Positions 1 to 11,530 of a stretch of 64,000 bases of DNA are shown here, piece after piece (the stretch's first letter is position 1; each line of letters begins with the position of its first letter). Location of the stretch: assembly GCA_013265495.1 (NCBI GenBank), contig MU057930.1, positions 1,566,057 through 1,630,056 on the forward strand, in the 5' to 3' direction. Origin of the DNA: Vicugna vicugna (Eukaryota). The position numbers were made by a program, and so were the translations under genes. The notes below the pieces were generated by a model. The model saw only the letters and a list, made by a program, of their open reading frames with translations. It made no database searches and was not told where the DNA came from.

Positions 1-27
1 AAAAAAGACATAGACATAAAAACAGAC

Positions 28-670
28 TGTATCAGTTTCCCGTGGCTGCTGTAACAAAGGTTCGCCCACGGGGTAGCTGACGGCGGCAGAAATTTACCCT
101 CTCATGGTTGTGGAGCTGAAGTCTGAAATGCCGGCGCCCACAGGGCCGTGTTCCCTCTCAGAAGCTGGATGGAGTCTCTCTTCGCCTCTCTTGCAGCAGC
201 CTCTGGCATTCCTTGGCTGGCTGCTGCTCACTCCCAGCTCTACCTGTGGCCTCACACCAATTTCCCATCACCAATGTCTCTTTTTTTCTGCATAGAATTC
301 TCCTCTTTGTGCTTGTCTATTTCTGTTTCTTCATTTCTTATAAAGACATCCATTATCCAGGGTTAAGAGCCCACCCTAGTCCTGGATAACCTCATCTGAC
401 CTTACACTTATGTTTATTTATTTTTTTTTTTTGCAGGAGGGAGATAACTAGGTTTCCTTACTTATTTATTTGACTGATGGAGGGACTGGGGATTGAACCC
501 AGGACCTCGTGCGTGCTAGGCACGTGCTCTACCACTGAGCTATTACCCTCCCCCTTCAACTTACATCTTAATTACATCATCAAAGACTGTATTCCCAAGC
601 AAGGTTACAGCAAAAGGTACCAGTGTGCAGGATACCACCTGTGGGGGGGGGGGACAATTCAACAGACAAC
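28..670 (-). mobile_element. MaLR solo LTR (MLT1-type), split by a SINE
   Basis: Starts TGTATCAGTTTCCCGTGGCTGCTGTAACAAA, contains GCAGCCTCTGGCATTCCTTGGCT and ...TAATTACATC...CAAAGAC, and ends GGGGACAATTCAACAGACAACA; typical antisense MLT1 landmarks. Confidence 0.8.
412..554 (-). mobile_element. tRNA-Ala-derived SINE (camelid Vic-1-type)
   Basis: Reverse complement reads GGGGAGGGTAATAGCTCAGTGGTAGAGCACGTGCCTAGCACGCACGAGGTCCTGGGTTCAATCCCCAG (A and B boxes) followed by an A-rich tail. Confidence 0.9.
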
Positions 671-1435
671 AGAGACAACACTTTTCTTTTTTAAGTTTTA
701 GAGATTACGAGAAAGACATACGTGAAGACCCAAGTTTTCTGCACATAGTTAGAACGTAGAAATTTGCACCCGCGTTGAAAAGTTGGTGCGGAAAACTCGT
801 AAATCAAATAGAAACAACATCAAACCAAAAAGAAGTACCCTTCTTTCTACTTTGATGGTGAACATTCTTCGTGAAATAATCTTTTAATCTGAGCTACTAA
901 AAGATTTTAAATGATGTGGGTTTCTCTGCATCCCAGTTGTCCCCCTTTCTCTCTCCCATGGGGTATGTCAAGTTAAACTGAGGGCCACCTTCCCACACAA
1001 GGCAAGGTGCCTCGTCCACTATCCCCTCCATCCTCGTCCACCTGAAACTGTGATTTTGCACACTTGACACCAGATAGATAGAAACTTTCCTGCCAGCATT
1101 TCGATAGCCCATCCATCTAGTTCGGAAATAATATTTACACTCGTCACCAGCTTACAATGACCACGTCCAAGAAGGCAGAAATTTTACTTTTATGCCCCCA
1201 GCCCTTAGGAGGATGATAAATTTAGAATTTATCCCAGTGTAAGATGCGAGATAAGTGTGGGCAAAAAACAGGGTCTGTGGGCACCTTTGTTCACTTCCAG
1301 GATGTAAAAAGAAATGAGTCCAGTGGGCGAGAGGTTGTGGATGTGTATTTTTCTTTGAAGATCTGAGAAAAGAAGCAAAACACATAAACTAAAGAATTTT
1401 GCTCAGAAAAAGGTGAAGAAGCAGAAATAATTTTT

Positions 1436-1486
1436 TAAACATTATCTATTGAGTTATAGTCATTTTACAATGTTGTGTCAAGTTCC
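1436..1486 (-). mobile_element. Ultra-short young L1 3' end with TSD
   Basis: About 50 bp matching the L1 terminus also seen at 8236-8365; flanked by direct repeat CAGAAATAATTTTT (1422-1435, 1487-1500). Confidence 0.8.
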
Positions 1487-2414
1487 CAGAAATAATTTTT
1501 TTAAAATCTAAAAAATATATTAAAAAATTTTTTTTTAATCTTGGAAAAAATGCTCACACCTTTGGGAAAGTTTCTGTCTGCTTCCTAAAGCTTCAAGCAC
1601 AAGAAGCTAGCTAGCTTTCTCTCGCCACGTCTGAGGGATTCTGTTTGTATTTTTTTAAGTAGCGTGACCCCAGCAAAGACAGCTTGACAGTCGCAACAGC
1701 GGTTGGTGGTCAAGTGTCCCCGCTCCGTCCTATCCACTCTCATGATCTCTTCTCTGAGGACACTTCACTAACTTTCTGTACTGATCGCTTCTTTAAAATT
1801 TCCACTTCAGCAACCATTCCACCAGCAGCAGAACTGATAAGACATTGGAGGAAGAATCAGTTCTGATGACATAAAAACACTCGCCGTGTCCAAATCCTTA
1901 TTTCCTTCTCAATGACAACTTGTGAATGTATGAACTCTCCCCATAAAAATGCACGGTAGGTCCAGTTCTCAGATAAGCAAACCAAAATGCAGCAGAGAGA
2001 AAAGGGGCGGGGGAGGAATGTCAGAAGGCTGACTACACCACCTGCTCCGTGGAAACTGAAGTTGAATTTGATACGGAAGAAAGCGAGCGATGTTGGGGAC
2101 AGTGTCCTCCAACGAGTCCAACAAAGAGAGAAGCAGTATTCTCATTCTAAGGCATGATCTCGTGTGTAATCATCATTTTATATCGTAGCATTTTCTTTTC
2201 TGGATTTCTTCTTGAAGGAAAGGAGGGGAAAGAGGTAAGTCGTGAAGTTGAGGAAGGAAGGAAGGAAAGGTGAACAATTTTAGAGACGGAAACTAGGATG
2301 GTTTTGTGGGAGTTACTATCATGACAGGGAAAACAGATCTAGAATCTGAAATTAGGTTTTACGTTTGATTGTGCTGCCCAAGTCAAAATTTGGAAATCAG
2401 CAGTAACATTGGGC

Positions 2415-2667
2415 AAGGGGAAGGGGATACATTCAGAGTTTAGGATTAACGTATAAACACTACTGTACATACAACAGATAAACAGCAAGGAACTACTGTA
2501 GAGCACAGAGAACAATAATCAAAATCTTGTAAAACCTATGATGGAAAAGAATCTGAAAAAGAATATACGTATACACTTATAACTGAATTACTTTGCTCTA
2601 CATCTGAAACCAGCACATTGAAAATCAACTCTATGTTGATTTAAAAAAATTAGAAATTAAAAAAGAA
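2415..2667 (+). mobile_element. L1 3' UTR fragment (cetartiodactyl type)
   Basis: ATAAACAGCAAGGAACTACTGTAGAGCACAGAGAAC...AACTGAATTACTTTGCTCTACATCTGAAAC plus A tail; diverged TSD CAGTAACATTGGGC/CAATAACACTGGGC (2401-2414, 2668-2681). Confidence 0.85.
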
Positions 2668-2936
2668 CAATAACACTGGGCTACATTAGCCACTGGAAGA
2701 TGTTCCAAAGAACTCAAAGGAAATTTAGAAAACTGTTGCTTTTCAAACAATCACTATAGGGGAAAAAAAGAATGACAGACTGAAATTTACATCCCAATAT
2801 TTGTTTAACATCCTAAATTTCACAGAGTCACCCATCCTACTGCAGTATGTCTATTTTAACAAGAGTATAAATCAAATGGCAAATATTTGCCAGTGTGTAG
2901 ATATCACTAACCAAGCATCATCAAAAAGAAAAGCAA

Positions 2937-3010
2937 GGGGAGGGTGTAGCTCAGTGGTAGAGCGTGTGCTTAGCATGCACGAGATCCTGGGTTCAACCCC
3001 CAGTACCTCC

Positions 3011-3048
<38 letters not shown>

Positions 3049-3097
3049 CCTAATTGCCTCCCTGCAGAAAACTTTCAAAAAGACAAAAAAAAAAAAA
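2937..3097 (+). mobile_element. tRNA-Ala-derived SINE with internal (ATCA)n
   Basis: GGGGAGGGTGTAGCTCAGTGGTAGAGCGTGTGCTTAGCATGCACGAGATCCTGGGTTCAACCCCCAGTACCTCCA, then (TCAA)n at about 3013-3044 and an A tail. Confidence 0.92.
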
Positions 3098-3940
3098 AGG
3101 AAAAGTACTGATTCAAAATGTCAAATTCAAAAAGAATGAAAAAGAAAAGTTTTGAAAAACGTTTTCATCTTTTGGAAATCAGTCAGTTTTTCATAATTTG
3201 AATCTGTGGTGTATAAGACCGGGGAGGTAGCCTCAAAGAACCACCACATGCAAATTCCAAACGGATGCTTTGTCCTTGACAAGAAAAAATTTTAAAAACA
3301 TATTAAATAAAACGAAACAAAAGTCACTTCTGCATAATTGAGTTGGGAGCAGTTTTACAGATCAGGACGTTTTTGACATTAAGAACGTTTTGTGAGCTGC
3401 AGTCCATGATGAGTCTTACAGATACTAAGATGCCCGCTGGTATCGACCCTCGGGGTGCATCAAATGATTTCGGGTGATTAATCCCCAGCAGTTCAAGGTA
3501 CTATGTATTCTCACCTCGTTTAAATCCTCAAGTACAGGTGTGCCCCGCGTCCCGCACGGCAAGGCTGAGTTCAGCAAGAAAGCACGGCCAGAGCCAGGAT
3601 CGTGACAGTTGGGTCATTGTCAAAGTTCTACTGAATCAATCACCCTGCAGAACGCCTTTCACACAGAAGTCCATCTTGTGCATTTCTATTCAAGACGGAG
3701 CTCGGAAGTCCTACAGGCGACTCGTTGTCCAATTCTCAGTCAGGAAAGAAGAATCTGATGTTTTTTACTATCAGAATTTATGTCAGGCAGAAAGAGGCAG
3801 ACCGCCCTTTAAAGGAAGGACTGCTTTATTTGAGCTTTTAAGGGAAGGCACAAAACGATCGGTAGGTAATAACCACCATTCGTCCTTATCATGCGGTGGA
3901 ATTCACATAATGCTTCCTATGCATTTTCTCTTCTTCTTTC

Positions 3941-4149
3941 TTAAAAATATATTTTTATTGCAGTACAGTCAGTTTACAATGTGGTGTCAATTACCGGTGG
4001 GCAGCACAGTGCTTCCATCACACAGGAACACGCACACATTCATTCTCACATTCTTCTTCACTATTGGTTACTACAAGTATTGAACATGGTTCCCTGTGCT
4101 GTACAATATAAACTTTGTTGTTTACCTATTTTATATATATTAGTTAGTA
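3941..4149 (-). mobile_element. L1 3' end fragment
   Basis: TTTTATTG...CAGTTTACAATGTGGTGTCAATT...TTCCCTGTGCTGTACAATATAAAC is the reverse complement of the camelid L1 terminus. Confidence 0.85.
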
Positions 4150-5062
4150 TTCTTTCAGTGAAAAAAAGTAAGAGGGTAAGTGCTATGAGTTCAGTTTTAT
4201 AGAGAAGGAAATACAGCCCCCCAACCATTACGTGCCTTGTACAACACCCTGCCAGCTGGAAAGTCAATACAAGTAGACCCCAGGTTTTCTTAAATAGTTA
4301 TTTTTTTTCTACTAATATTTGGCCCTACTAATAAAACAAATTCTCAGTTGTATCTCCCACTTTGCACTAACGTTTTAGGCAGAAGTTCTGGATTTCAGCT
4401 CCTGCTTGCTCACCTACTGGATGACGTTGGGTGAATGTTTCCACTGGTAAGAATTTATAACTTTGGGATGGTGCCACGGAGCTGCTGGAAAATGGAGACG
4501 TTCATACTTGCGTGTGAGAACAGGATGTGAATGAGCACTGGGGACAGAATGTATATCCTGGTTGATGGTTTTTACCCCTCTCCCAAATCATCGCTACCTC
4601 TTGGATCCCCCCCAAGAGCAACAAGTGTGTGGACTGAAAATATTAACAGTATGAGAAAATCACCACCACTGAAAAGGATGGAGAAATGACTTGTGTTCTG
4701 GAAGATGTGGGTTTACGACTTCAGGACTTTTCAAAGCATTGAAATAATGAACGTTCTAACCTTAAGAGCTGAAGGTGAGAACTCAAGAAGTTGTAACTAT
4801 GATCATTGCCCAACTCATTGCACCATGGGCTGGTGCTCCCAACAGCTTTTTCTAGGAGAGGAATCTCTCTTGCAGAACCGTGGACAAGTTTCATAATGAA
4901 CTGAGGAAGGTTTTCAAGGTCCACACACCTGCATAGCCCCATTTTCCCATCTGAGGGTGTGTAGGAGGGTGGCACAGAGGTAACCACACGGGGGAAGAGA
5001 AATTGGTGCACTTGAAAAAGAATACCCAATCCACCCAATTTTTCTTCTTTTTTCCCTCAGAC

Positions 5063-5658
5063 TGTGGAAGAATGACCTCTTGTACTGACTGACCTCACTC
5101 CATGGGTGTCCTTTTACAAGAGGACAAGTCTCAGAGCCACCTCCCTGAAGGTGAGGGTCTTGAGATATTTATGGGATGAAGCAGGGTGCTCTTAGGCAAG
5201 AGGAAAGGTGACTGGCGGTACAGAAAAGGTGAAGTCATCGACGTCCTGCACAGATATATCTGAATTACATGCTTCTTCATGGGATGCATGTTAAAAAAAA
5301 ATGGAAGCATTTAGCATGATCTGAGGGTGGAGTTTTTGGTCCTCTGACACCAAAAGGTCACTCGTGGGCACCTGCAGAGGCCCAGTTTTTGGGTCAGTAG
5401 TCCCAACCTGTCTTAACTGACTTGAGCTGGAACTGGACACAGCTGACCCCAAGTTCGTAAAAACAACTTGGGCAAACCTCGTTATTTTTTGAGCTACGTG
5501 CTGCTTGAAGGTCATGCAAGTTTTTGTAGCAACAGTTCACGTGAGCTTGAACAGTGAAGTCAGGTTACACGCAGATGGGATTTTAAACAAGCTGTAAGAC
5601 AAACTCAAGAATTCCTGTTAGTTATCCGTTTCCGTTAACTCTCTAGGGTGTGGTTTCA
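5063..5658 (-). mobile_element. Solo ERV1-class LTR (LTR31/MER4-group-like)
   Basis: Minus strand begins TGAAACCACACCCTAGAGAGTTAACGGAAACGGATAACTAACAGGAATTCTTGAGTTTG and ends ...TCTTCCACA (TG...CA termini); about 600 bp; no clear TSD, so the left boundary is uncertain. Confidence 0.65.
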
Positions 5659-5749
5659 GAGGGGTCCCGAAAATATGTTCTGGAAGTAATTTAAAATACT
5701 GTAGAGAAACTAGAAATGCAAAGTTGGCAGGTCATTAATACGAGTGATC

Positions 5750-6060
5750 GTTTGCAGCCTTGAGAACTGATGGGTCCAGTAAGGGAGATGGAGTGGAACC
5801 GGGTATCAAAAGCAGGGGGAGGCAGAGGTCTACCAAGGAGAGATTGTTTGAGCCACTGGAGGTAAGGCAGGCTTTACAAACGCAGTCCTAACCAAGGAAG
5901 CCATGATCTTTCATGGGAGATGGTCAATCATATCAAAAGTCAAAGCGGGAGTGGAGAGGAGAAAGATCAAAGGACGTGGCCAGAAAAAAAAAAAAAAAGG
6001 AAATCATTACAGGACTTGAAGAGCGCATTTTCAGGAAGTAGTGAAAAGAGACTCTAGGTT
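5750..6060. mobile_element. Ancient L2-like fragment
   Basis: Purine-rich degenerate stretch (GGTCAATCATATCAAAAG...GAGCGCATTTTCAGGAAGTAGTG) resembling L2; boundaries approximate. Confidence 0.4.
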
Positions 6061-7962
6061 GCAATGTTCAAAAACGAGCACGTGATAATGAAGACATGAA
6101 ATCGTGCAAGGTGGGGAAGGACCAGGGCAGCCTGAGATGCAAACCGTATCTTCCAAGAGGACAACCTGGTTGCACATGAACCCCAAAGGAGAGACAGAGT
6201 GGAGAACACGGAGGTGGATTCCATCCAGTGTCCCAGTGGGGTTGGATAGGACCATAAGGACAAGGTTTCTTGACTTTAGAAGGGAGAACACTTCCCTTTT
6301 CCCTTTCCTTTCTTTTTCATGTGTCATCATTATGATTGCTTTCGAGCAAGGTCATTGGCTCTTTAGATAATGCTTGTGAAGTAACTACTTATTTGGTAAC
6401 AAATGAAACGTCTTTGACCATAAAAGAAAGAGTCAGTTGCCTAAAATTCTAAATAATGATCTTCAACGTATGAGCCGCCCTGCTCTTTCTTTTCTGCGTT
6501 TCCTCTCTCTCTGATTAATGAGCAAGATCTACGCAAGATGATTTACGGTCTGCCTTGGACCACAATACAGGAATAGTTTTCTTAGAAACAAAGGCCGAAG
6601 AACAATAGTAATACCGGGGTTTCATTCCCTTACTGTTTGAAAACGCAGTCACGTCCCAAAGACCTATTCTTTTCCTATTCTTCCTTTTGTTTTGCTCTGA
6701 CAGTCTCTTGCCCATTTTTCTATTTATTAGCACTTCCATCAGAAGGGAGGAAAAGGAGACGAAGTTCTAATGTGTCAGTTTGAGACACAGAGTTTCATAT
6801 TGGGCTCATCACCACCCCAGAGTGTCTAGACAATTCTCGCTCCCCTGGCAGTGTTCAAAGCTGCCAGCCCTACAAAATCTGTGTCCCTACAAAACAGCAG
6901 AGAATTTCGGCATGTGTGCCCCACCTTTCTTATTTTTTTCTGTCTGATTATTGCATTACACACATTCTCCAAGCAGAGGCTATGAGACAACTGTACCAGG
7001 TGGGTTAGACATCAAGGTATTACAGACCATTACTCGCTAACATGAAAACTCTCTTAAGAATATTAAGAAAACAGCCTGATTTATTTCAAAGGCTTTAGAC
7101 TTGAACATTAAGTAATCATGTGGTTCTCTCTCTTTCTTTTGGCCAATAGTGACTGAAAATTCTAAATGGAACGATTAATATAAGCCAGGATAAATGGGTT
7201 CTTGCTTTGGATGACCCATGTTGATTTGATAGCCATTTTATTCCCTACTGAGTTAAAATGTTCAACAATCCTACACGTGTCAGATTTTCCAGTCTACCTA
7301 GAATCACCCCAACTTAAAACTGACATCTAATATGTGGTCAATTAATATTTGACAACAGAGCCAAGACTACTCAATGGGGAAATGAGAGTCCCTTCAATAA
7401 AAGATGTTGAAGAAACTGGATAACCACATGCAAAAGAGTGACACCACTCAGAAAAATTAACTTGAAATAGGTTAAAACTTAGACAAAAGACCTGAAGCCA
7501 TAAATCTTGTAGAAGAAAACACAGGGGAAAAAAATTCCTTGACACTTTCTTGGCAATGATTTTTCTGCGTATGACACAAAAACTTAAGCAACAAAATACA
7601 AAATGAACAAGTGGGACTAAACCGAACTACAAAACTTCTACACAGCAAAAGAAATGATCAACACAATGAAAAGACAACCTATGGAATGGCTGATGTCCAA
7701 AATATGTAAGAAACTCACATAACTCAATAGCAAGAACAAATCATCTGATTAAAAAAATGGGCAAAGGACCTGGTTAGACGTTTTCCCAAAGATATGCAAA
7801 TAGCCAACAGATGCACGCAAGGATGCTGGACCTCGTTAACCATCAGGCAAACACAAATCAAAGCCACAGTGAGAGATCACCTCACACCTTTTAGCATGGC
7901 CATCATCAAAAAGACAAGAGATAACATGCTGGCAAGGACATGGAGAAAAGGGAACCTTTAGT

Positions 7963-8133
7963 GGGGAGGGTATAGCTCAAGTGGTAGAGTGCATGCTTAG
8001 CATGCACAGGGTCCTGGGTTCAGTCCCCAGCACCTCCTCCAAAAGTAAATAAATAAATCGATAAATAATTACCTCCCTCCTCCCACCAAAATAAATAAAT
8101 AAAAATACAAATAAATACATAAAAATTAAAAAA
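7963..8133 (+). mobile_element. tRNA-Ala-derived SINE nested in L1
   Basis: SINE head at 7963; perfect 17-bp TSD AGAAAAGGGAACCTTTA (7944-7960, 8134-8150). Confidence 0.95.
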
Positions 8134-8235
8134 AGAAAAGGGAACCTTTACGTATTGTTGGTTGGAATATAAGTTGGTACAACCATTATGGAGAACAGAA
8201 TGGCGGGTCCTCAAAAAGTTAAAAATAGAATTACC

Positions 8236-8365
8236 TATGGTAGCTCACAGAGAAAACAATGTGACAATGAATATATACGTTCATATGTAACTGAAAAATT
8301 GTGCTCTACGCTGGAACTTGACACAACATTGTAAAATGATTATAAATCAAAAAAAAATTTAAAAC
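8236..8365 (+). mobile_element. Young L1 3' end nested in older L1
   Basis: ...GGAACTTGACACAACATTGTAAAATGATTATAAATCAAAAA; TSD AAATAGAATTACC/AAATTGAATTACC (8223-8235, 8366-8378). Confidence 0.85.
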
Positions 8366-8847
8366 AAATTGAATTACCATATAATGCAGCAATATCACTT
8401 CTGGGCATATAGGCAAAGGATATGAAATCAATCACTGTCTTGAAGAGATACCTGTACCCCCACATTCATTGCAGCATTATTTACAATAGCCGATATATAT
8501 ATATATATATAATGTGTCATGAATATTAGTTGAAAAGAAAGAATTCTTACCTTTTGCAAACAGGGATGGAACTTGAGGATATTATGCTAAGTGAAATAAG
8601 TCAGACGGAGAAAGACAAATGTTGTATGATCTCACTTATATGTGGACTCCGAAAAAACAACAAAAACTCATAGAACCAAAGAGTAGAAAGGTGGTTATCA
8701 GGTGCCAAGAGGTAAAAGAAATGAGGGAGAGGTTGGTCAAAGGGTACAAACTTCCAGTTATAAGAAGAAGAAGAAGGTCCTGAGATCTAATGTAGAGCAT
8801 GGTTATATACAAACCCAAGGAACATACAGTTTAACGACACTCTATCG

Positions 8848-9333
8848 AATGGAATACCACTCAGCCATAAAAAAGAATAAAATCATGCCATTTGCAGCAG
8901 CATGGATGGACCTGGAGATTGTTACTCTAAGTGAAGTAAGCCAGAAAGAGAAAGAAAAATAACATATGATATCACACACATGTGGAACCTTAAAAAAAAA
9001 AAAAAGAACAGAACACTATGAACTCATCTACAAAATAGAAACAGACTCACAAACACAGTAAACAATCTTATGGTTACTAGGGAAAGGGGGTGGGATGGGA
9101 TAAATTTGGGAATTTGAGATTTACAAATGCTAGCCATTATATATAAAAATACATTTTAAAAAAAGTTTCTTCTGTATAGTACAGGGAACCATGTTCAATA
9201 TCTTGTAATAATCTTTAATGACAAAGAATATGAAAATGAATATATGTATGTATGTGCATGACTGGGACAGGGTGCTGTGCACCAGAAATGGACACATTGT
9301 AACTGAATATACTTCAATTTTTAAAAAAAAGCA
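8848..9333 (+). mobile_element. Camelid L1 3' end nested in older L1
   Basis: AATGGAATACCACTCAGCC...AAGCCAGAAAGAGAAAGAAAAAT...ACTTCAATTTTTAAAAAAAA; diverged TSD AACGACACTCTATCG/AACAATACTCTATTG (8833-8847, 9334-9348). Confidence 0.88.
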
Positions 9334-10699
9334 AACAATACTCTATTGTATACTGGAAAGTTGCTCAGAGTAGATTTTTGAAGTTCTCACCACAAAAAAA
9401 GGTAATTATGTGATATAAAAGATGTGTACTTAAGCTTATGGTGGTAATCATTTCACAATATGCACACGTGTCAAATCATCACGTTGTACACCTTAAATGT
9501 GTGCAATGTTATAACTCAACTGTATCTCAATAAAGTTGGAAAAAATAAAAATGAAATGTCATGAAAATTTAAAGCAGGCAGCCAATGCTCTTGTCTGAAA
9601 TTTTGTTGTGACCCAAATTTGGGATCTCTTAGAGTAGTTAATAAATGGATAAAGCTCAATTTCAAGAGTCCTTACTGTGAATAAGAGTTAAAGGGTTTGC
9701 TTTCAACCAGTTTATTTTTATCCGTTCTTGTTAAATAACAAAGTAAAATTGTGCTAAAATTCTGAAAAGCAAACAATTTCCTGAGGTCACCACCTCAATC
9801 CCCAGCGCCAGTTAAGTTCCAAGACACTCACCTGCACCTTTGTTGAAAACGCTTCGGCTTGGAGACATTTTCCATTAGTGCTAATATAGGGAATCACACT
9901 TCTTCGGTGCAAAGTATTTTATGCAGACATTGTGAAATAGCTGAAGCTTGCTATCTTCCTAGAAACCCACCTTATAAGTGGCCAGATTTATAATTGAGTT
10001 TGTCAGAAAAAAAAAAAAAAGAAAAAGAAAAAGCCGGGTGGCAATAGCAAAGCGCTTGGCTCAAACAGACAATTTGGATTCATGGGATGAACTATTTCTA
10101 CTTCAGATTGAACCTCCTCCAAAGAGCTGTACTTGAAACACTCTTGTTGGTCTTCTAACTTTGTCTATGGTTGGAAACCCCCGTCTAAATCAAATACTGA
10201 GTAACTCAAACCTGGAAGAAGAAAGAGGAAAATGTAACTTCTGAGAAGAGATGATGTGAGCTCAGCAGAAGAAATAACACGTTAGAAGTTGTTACCAAAT
10301 AGGGCGCTGTTGGTGGGGAAACTTTAAAATCTCGGTTACGCTTTCCACTAAGTATCCTGGCTCCCTCACATTTTTGGAAAACAATACTGTGCCTCGATTC
10401 CAAAAACATACACCAGTTCCACTGGTGCGGCTGCTGGCAGAAATCCGGCAATGCTATTTCCCCATTCTCACTTCGCGATACGCCCTACGCCTAGTGGGCA
10501 TGAAATTTTAAATGGCAACACTTCAGAGACCTCTGGAACCATCGAGAGTTACAGTCAGTCATTTAGTCGTTTAATGCAAAAGCCAGTTAATCCTGCCAAG
10601 TGCTGGAGATGCTCTAAGAAAGCATTCTAACTACACGTCGCATTTTCCAAGCAGAATCCAAAATACAACAGCGGCCACAAATACGTGCACACCGCTGGA

Positions 10700-11530
10700 G
10701 TCAGAGAGGAATTAACAAAGATTAAAATTTTAAAAAGGTAAGTGAGAATAAAAGTTAATAAAAATTCCTAGGGTTGGCTCTTTGGTAAAGAAAAAAATAT
10801 GAAGGACAAACCATTCAACAGGATAATTTGAAAAATAGCGAGGTTCAAACATATAATGCAAGAAATGATCAGAGGAAATCGTAGCTATGAAGGAGGTTAG
10901 GGAATCAAATCAACTTGTTTGGTCCAGCCCTTGTCAATGCATTTGAAAATCTGGCTGAAATGAAGGCTTTTTTCCACCTAGAAGAAATAGGAACTGGAGA
11001 CTGACTAATCACATAATCCCAGAAAGACTCGACTTCATTCCCTGCCTCGCCCACTTCCCCCACAAAGACATCATTTCCAGATGGCTTCCCAATTTTCTTC
11101 TCTGAAAATGAGATTTCCTTGCTACTATTTACCCTGGTTTGGAACATAGAAGAGGGGAAGTAATTCCGAATGTTATTAAGGAGCCAGCAAAGTATTGACA
11201 GAAATCCAAGAAATAGCAAAACAAGCAACAAATAATTGGTAGAAAATATTTTAACCTGGAAAAGAGAATCCAGCTGATATTTAAAGAAAAATTCACTGTG
11301 ATGACTTGAGATTCATTTCAAGGACAAATACAAATTCAGGTATCAGTCAATTTATTAAACGTATTAATACAACCACAACATATGCGTAATTGCTAAAAGT
11401 GATGAAAGGCGTTGAATAAAAGTCAACACTCAGTCTCTCTGTTGAAAAGAAAAAAATCCAACACAACAGTGTGAATCGACTATCTTTCAATAAAAAAAGA
11501 AGAAAACCCAAAGAAGAAATAGCTGTATGA
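10700..11530 (+). mobile_element. Highly decayed ancient L1M ORF2 fragment
   Basis: GGTTGGCTCTTTGGTAAAG...GACAAACC; CAATGCATTTGAAAATCTGGCTGAAATGAAGG; CCAGATGGCTTC; GCGTTGAATAAAAGTCAACAC match L1 ORF2 landmarks in order. Confidence 0.6.

Larger units (their letters stand above)
7340..9552 (+). mobile_element. Old L1 (L1MA9/10-like) ORF2 3' end and 3' UTR carrying three nested insertions
   Basis: ORF2-type DNA (CTTCAATAAAAGATGTTGAAGAAACTGGATAACCACATGCAAAAGA; CACCTCACACC) and an L1MA-type end (GTAATCATTTCACAATATG...TATCTCAATAAAGTTGGAAAAA). Confidence 0.9.

Noticed and set aside
2937..3011. tRNA-Ala gene call (also applies to the other nine copies)
   Set aside because: Extra 5' G-rich leader, shared SINE tail, A-rich ends and TSDs mark them as retroposed SINEs.
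3538..4083. 181-aa ORF
   Set aside because: GTG start, and the C-terminal part is antisense L1 sequence.
5440..5475. Interferon-responsive GAS site in the ERV1-like LTR
   Set aside because: The sequence reads TTCGTAAAA, not TTCNNNGAA.
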